This document shows positions 60,944 to 64,000 of a stretch of 64,000 nt of DNA, one piece after another. A program made the translations under genes and the position numbers. Each line of letters begins with the position of its first letter. The first letter of the stretch is position 1. Source of the stretch: Polyangia bacterium (GTDB lineage: Bacteria; Myxococcota_A; Polyangia; Palsa-1104; JAEUJZ01); contig JAXLYE010000005.1 of the NCBI GenBank assembly GCA_046351595.1, positions 788,735-852,734 on the forward strand, read 5' to 3'. The notes under the pieces were generated by a model that was not told the DNA's origin, did not search any database, and worked only from the letters and a program-made list of their open reading frames with translations.

Positions 60944-61396
60944 CTAGCGGCCGGCGTAGCGGCGGTGGTCGACCATCAGGCAGCGATCCTGCACGACGGT
61001 GATCCCGGCCTCGGCGAGGCGGCGGGCGGTGGTGTTGTCGCGGATGCCGAGCTGCAGCCACACCGCGCGCGGTCGCGCCGCGAGCAGATCCGGCAGGTGC
61101 GCGGCCACGTCCTCGGAGCGCCTGAACACATCGACGATGTCGATGGTGCCAGGACCTGGCACGTCGGCGATCCGGCGGTACACGGGCCGGCCGAGGATGG
61201 TCTTGACCTCGGGGTAGTAGACCGGCACCGGGATGACCTCGACGCCGGCGTCGGCGAGGTAGCGCGCGACATAGAAGGCGGGCTGCGTCGCCTGCTGCTC
61301 GGTCTTGATGCCGAGCACCGCGATGCGGCGCGCGCCGCGCACGAGCTCTGCGACCCGCGCCTCGTTGTCTTCGATCAGGAACTGGCTGACGTCCAT
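60944..61396 (-). CDS. CoA-binding domain protein (YccU-like).
   Basis: RIAVLGIKTEQQATQPAFYVARYLADAGVEVIPVP...ILGRPVY..IADVPGPIDIVDVFRR is the CoA_binding_2 pattern. Confidence 0.75.
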   Translation of the reverse strand: MDVSQFLIEDNEARVAELVRGARRIAVLGIKTEQQATQPAFYVARYLADAGVEVIPVPVYYPEVKTILGRPVYRRIADVPGPGTIDIVDVFRRSEDVAAHLPDLLAARPRAVWLQLGIRDNTTARRLAEAGITVVQDRCLMVDHRRYAGR

Positions 61397-61477
61397 CCCG
61401 CCACTTTAACCGCGCCCCGGCGCTACAGCCACAAGAACGGGGGCGCCCGGCGGACCCGGGAGGCCGAGAGGAGTCGC

Positions 61478-61584
61478 AGAGGGAATCCGGACGGGAGGAA
61501 AGGAAACTGAAGGGAATCCGAAGGGAGTCTGAATGGAATCTGAAAGGAAGCTGAAGGGAGCCCGAAAGGAGTCTGAAAGGAGCG
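61478..61584. repeat. Degenerate 11-bp tandem repeat (GGGARTCTGAA-like), about 8 units, at a GC-content boundary.
   Basis: ggaaactgaa gggaatccgaa gggagtctgaa tggaatctgaa aggaagctgaa gggagcccgaa aggagtctgaa agg is read directly. Confidence 0.6.
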
Positions 61585-61690
61585 GCTCAGTAGGAGCCGT
61601 TGAGCAGGACGCCGATGCGGCTGGCCCCGGGGTAGCGCAGCACCACGTCGGGGCGGCCGTCGCCGTTGACGTCCCTGTCAAGAACTTTTT
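61585..61690 (-). pseudogene. About 30-codon C-terminal remnant of an FG-GAP/VCBS-repeat protein.
   Basis: Minus-strand translation gives ...LDRDVNGDGRPDVVLRYPGASRIGVLLNGSY* (D.NGDG motif). Stops lie immediately upstream. Confidence 0.3.
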
Positions 61691-62072
61691 TCTTACCGTC
61701 GGCGTCGGCTTAATTTAGCAGGCAGCCGAACGACGCTCTCCTGGCCATTAACAGTAGGATTAATTACGAACTTGTAGTTGCATGTAGGCTGCAAGCGTGA
61801 GCGGACATTACCGGCCGTAAGGCTGCGCACTGATACGGAACGCTTGGATTTGTGAGCACTCACCGTCGGGCGCGATTGTGAGCGGTCAGTCAGCGTGCGC
61901 CTTGGAGCAAACGAAAGATGCGCTGGGAACATTGAGACTGGAAATAGCTCGCTCACCGACGGAGGTCAGAGCGATGAGGGCGCAGCCAAGGAAAGGAGCA
62001 GCGCCAAGTGGATGTCAGCTGGGCGGCTTACTTGCCGAGACTGCCTACATCATGGTGGCCACTGCCTTCCCT

Positions 62073-64000
62073 TCATATGGCGCCGCCTGTCTTATACTTA
62101 AAACTTCTGTTTTCAAAAGCTGGCCGTGTTCCCTCTAACACATCGACTATATGCCTACTAATGATTCCATCTTCTAGTGAGCCGCTATCATAACGCACTT
62201 CATGTCCATTAGTCTTATCGATCGAAGTAAAGATGACCTGCTCCGAATCGCATACTACCGCGATGTTGGGATTGTGAGTTATGACAAACAGTTGCCTTCG
62301 CTCCTTTGCCGCTTTCATGCACGGAACTAACACGTTCTTAATTGACTGGTTATCAAGGTTTTCTTCAGGCTGATCAATAATGAGCGGACTACTCCCCTTA
62401 TCAATAAGCAAGTAGAAGACTAAAAGCAGAAGTCCACGTTCACCGGGCGACAGTTCTTGAAGTCCTTTATTTCCGACTCGGAGCGCATATCTTGGTTCAA
62501 GGTATTCCATTTCATAAAGAAAATTATATAGGCCCTCAATCGAAACGTTCTTTTTTAGCTGCCGCTCAATAGGATGTCCGGTCGATCTCTTGCTGGGAGC
62601 ACGCCTATCTTCTTTCAAAGCTCCCATGATGTCTTCGATAATGTCAATTGCAGATGTTTCCTTACCAAAGATCCCTTCCTGTAACATGTCATCAAGGCGC
62701 TTGCGGCTCTCGTCCACTCCGCAGAACGAACCACCCACGCCATGATTGATATGACCTAAGAATCTCTCTGCAAACGGAGAACTATCAATGATAACCTCAA
62801 AAGATACTCGGAAAGCGTTGAAGGCAAGCTGTGATTTATTCTTCTGCTCGCGCTCGATAAAATCGAGAACTGGTCCATAGTATTCTCGGTAGACATTGGC
62901 TCGTTTCGTTACTTCTTGATAGATTCTTGTGGCCGTTATGCGCCGTTCGCTGTAAAGGGACTCCAACTCTTCAGGATAACGTTGTGCAAGTTCAATCTGA
63001 TGCTTATAGTAAAGCAGCGAGTCAGGCGTGTCTTGACTGCCAAGTATCTGCTTCCGTCGCTTCTCCCAATTGCTAAGCTCTGTGAGATACCGCTGATAGC
63101 CTTGATTCGGCGCATCCAGGGCAGCTTGCAAAGTAGTCTGCTCTGCCTCGAGGGCTGCTAATTGCCTGGCAAAGCCTTGAGGATCCTGAGAGTCTAGAAT
63201 AGCAGTAAGACTAAGTATGCGTTTGTCGGTTTCCTGTAGAAGCTCTTCAACCGGATGCTTCTGCACCTTGGCTTCAATCAACCCCGAGTGCTCGAACTCT
63301 AACTCAGCCGTCTCTTTTTCTACAAAGGCTAGAACATCGAGGTAGTAGTTGTGAAATTTATTCAGCCTCTCAAGTATTTTCGCCGCCCTCTCGCGCCTGA
63401 CGTATTGCGAAGCCAGCTCTCGCTCATGCTCTGCTTGCCTTTCGAGCAAATCCTTTACGCTGTCTTTCAGGGCATCGATTTTTTTGATGACCTCAGTGCT
63501 TTCAGCGGACATGGACTGATCCGCTCTAGGGTCACGCACTTCTACCGGGCGGCTTGCCTCGTGTATACTTAACTCTAGTTCCTTTGCCTTCACTTTCTCA
63601 TCTAAGAAAATGGCAATAGCTTCAGTGGATTTTTGCTCAAGGACTACTATTTTATGGTTAATGTCTCGAAGGTGGCGCTTTAGGCTGGAAGTGGTGCGAA
63701 TTATCTCATCAGTCCGATAATCGATGAGTTCTTCAAGGGTGGCTTTGCCGAGACGCAGCGGCGGCTCTACATGAGAAAAGATGACCCGGTCTAGCTCGTT
63801 GCGAAACTCCTTCTGTGCTTCCTCCTCATGCTCATTGCACAGTTTTTCTAGATACCCTTGTGGCAGATAACGAACGCGCTCAAGCTCATCTTGACTGCTC
63901 GAGCAAGCTAGCTGCCGTTCGAACTCCTCCGATGTGCTCCACACGGCGTTAGCGGCAAAATCTTCCGAGCGATTCCTTCTCAAACCAGCATCACGCCGTT
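62073..64000 (-). CDS. SMC-like ABC-type ATPase (coiled-coil, RecF/RecN/SbcC-like). It is 5' partial: the Walker A region lies beyond the window end. It is probably a defence or DNA-repair ATPase.
   Basis: The C-terminus carries the ABC signature LSPGERGLLLLVFYL, Walker B LIIDQPEENLD, a D-loop and an H-loop FVITHNP. A long heptad/coiled-coil middle is present. The ORF stays open to the window edge. Local GC is about 45-50%, against about 70% background. Confidence 0.75.
   Translation of the reverse strand, partial: RRDAGLRRNRSEDFAANAVWSTSEEFERQLACSSSQDELERVRYLPQGYLEKLCNEHEEEAQKEFRNELDRVIFSHVEPPLRLGKATLEELIDYRTDEIIRTTSSLKRHLRDINHKIVVLEQKSTEAIAIFLDEKVKAKELELSIHEASRPVEVRDPRADQSMSAESTEVIKKIDALKDSVKDLLERQAEHERELASQYVRRERAAKILERLNKFHNYYLDVLAFVEKETAELEFEHSGLIEAKVQKHPVEELLQETDKRILSLTAILDSQDPQGFARQLAALEAEQTTLQAALDAPNQGYQRYLTELSNWEKRRKQILGSQDTPDSLLYYKHQIELAQRYPEELESLYSERRITATRIYQEVTKRANVYREYYGPVLDFIEREQKNKSQLAFNAFRVSFEVIIDSSPFAERFLGHINHGVGGSFCGVDESRKRLDDMLQEGIFGKETSAIDIIEDIMGALKEDRRAPSKRSTGHPIERQLKKNVSIEGLYNFLYEMEYLEPRYALRVGNKGLQELSPGERGLLLLVFYLLIDKGSSPLIIDQPEENLDNQSIKNVLVPCMKAAKERRQLFVITHNPNIAVVCDSEQVIFTSIDKTNGHEVRYDSGSLEDGIISRHIVDVLEGTRPAFENRSFKYKTGGAI

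Overview
The window is a high-GC (about 70%) chromosomal segment that looks myxobacterial: many eukaryotic-like Ser/Thr kinases, STAND/TPR proteins, ADYC lipoproteins and TonB-C repeat proteins. It contains lower-GC patches (about 17.9-19.8 kb, 24.1-27.0 kb, 61.7-64.0 kb) that look horizontally acquired.

Recognisable genes include aqpZ, a LysR regulator with a divergent isochorismatase-family hydrolase, a McrBC modification-dependent restriction pair, a TPR-CHAT caspase-like protein, secreted GH43 and EEP-family enzymes, a phage-type tyrosine integrase, a PhoD-like phosphatase, a histidine phosphatase, a DUF218 membrane protein, a PolX/PHP polymerase, a phytochelatin-synthase-like protein, a CoA-binding protein, a kinase-NACHT-FGE fusion and, in low-GC DNA at the right edge, a 5'-partial SMC-like ABC ATPase. 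There is also a degraded type I restriction hsdR remnant.

The most unusual observation is that three different kinase-family genes are each interrupted exactly inside conserved kinase motifs, and each insert is flanked by a short direct repeat of the motif-encoding sequence:
- An Ser/Thr kinase is split at subdomain IX (LYE) by about 23 kb that ends with the integrase; the repeat is CTGTACGAG.
- A kinase-like-AAA-TPR-GAF-histidine-kinase sensor gene is split at HKDLKPQ by about 7.6 kb; the repeat is CTCAAGCCGCAG.
- Nested inside that second insert, another kinase-AAA-TPR gene is split at HRDIKPS by a 0.9-kb cassette that carries only a RecB-family PD-(D/E)XK nuclease gene.

These junctions need independent confirmation. 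I had trouble reading bases reliably in GC-repeat runs, so coordinates I derived by hand may be off by a few bp; where possible I used the supplied ORF-track coordinates.
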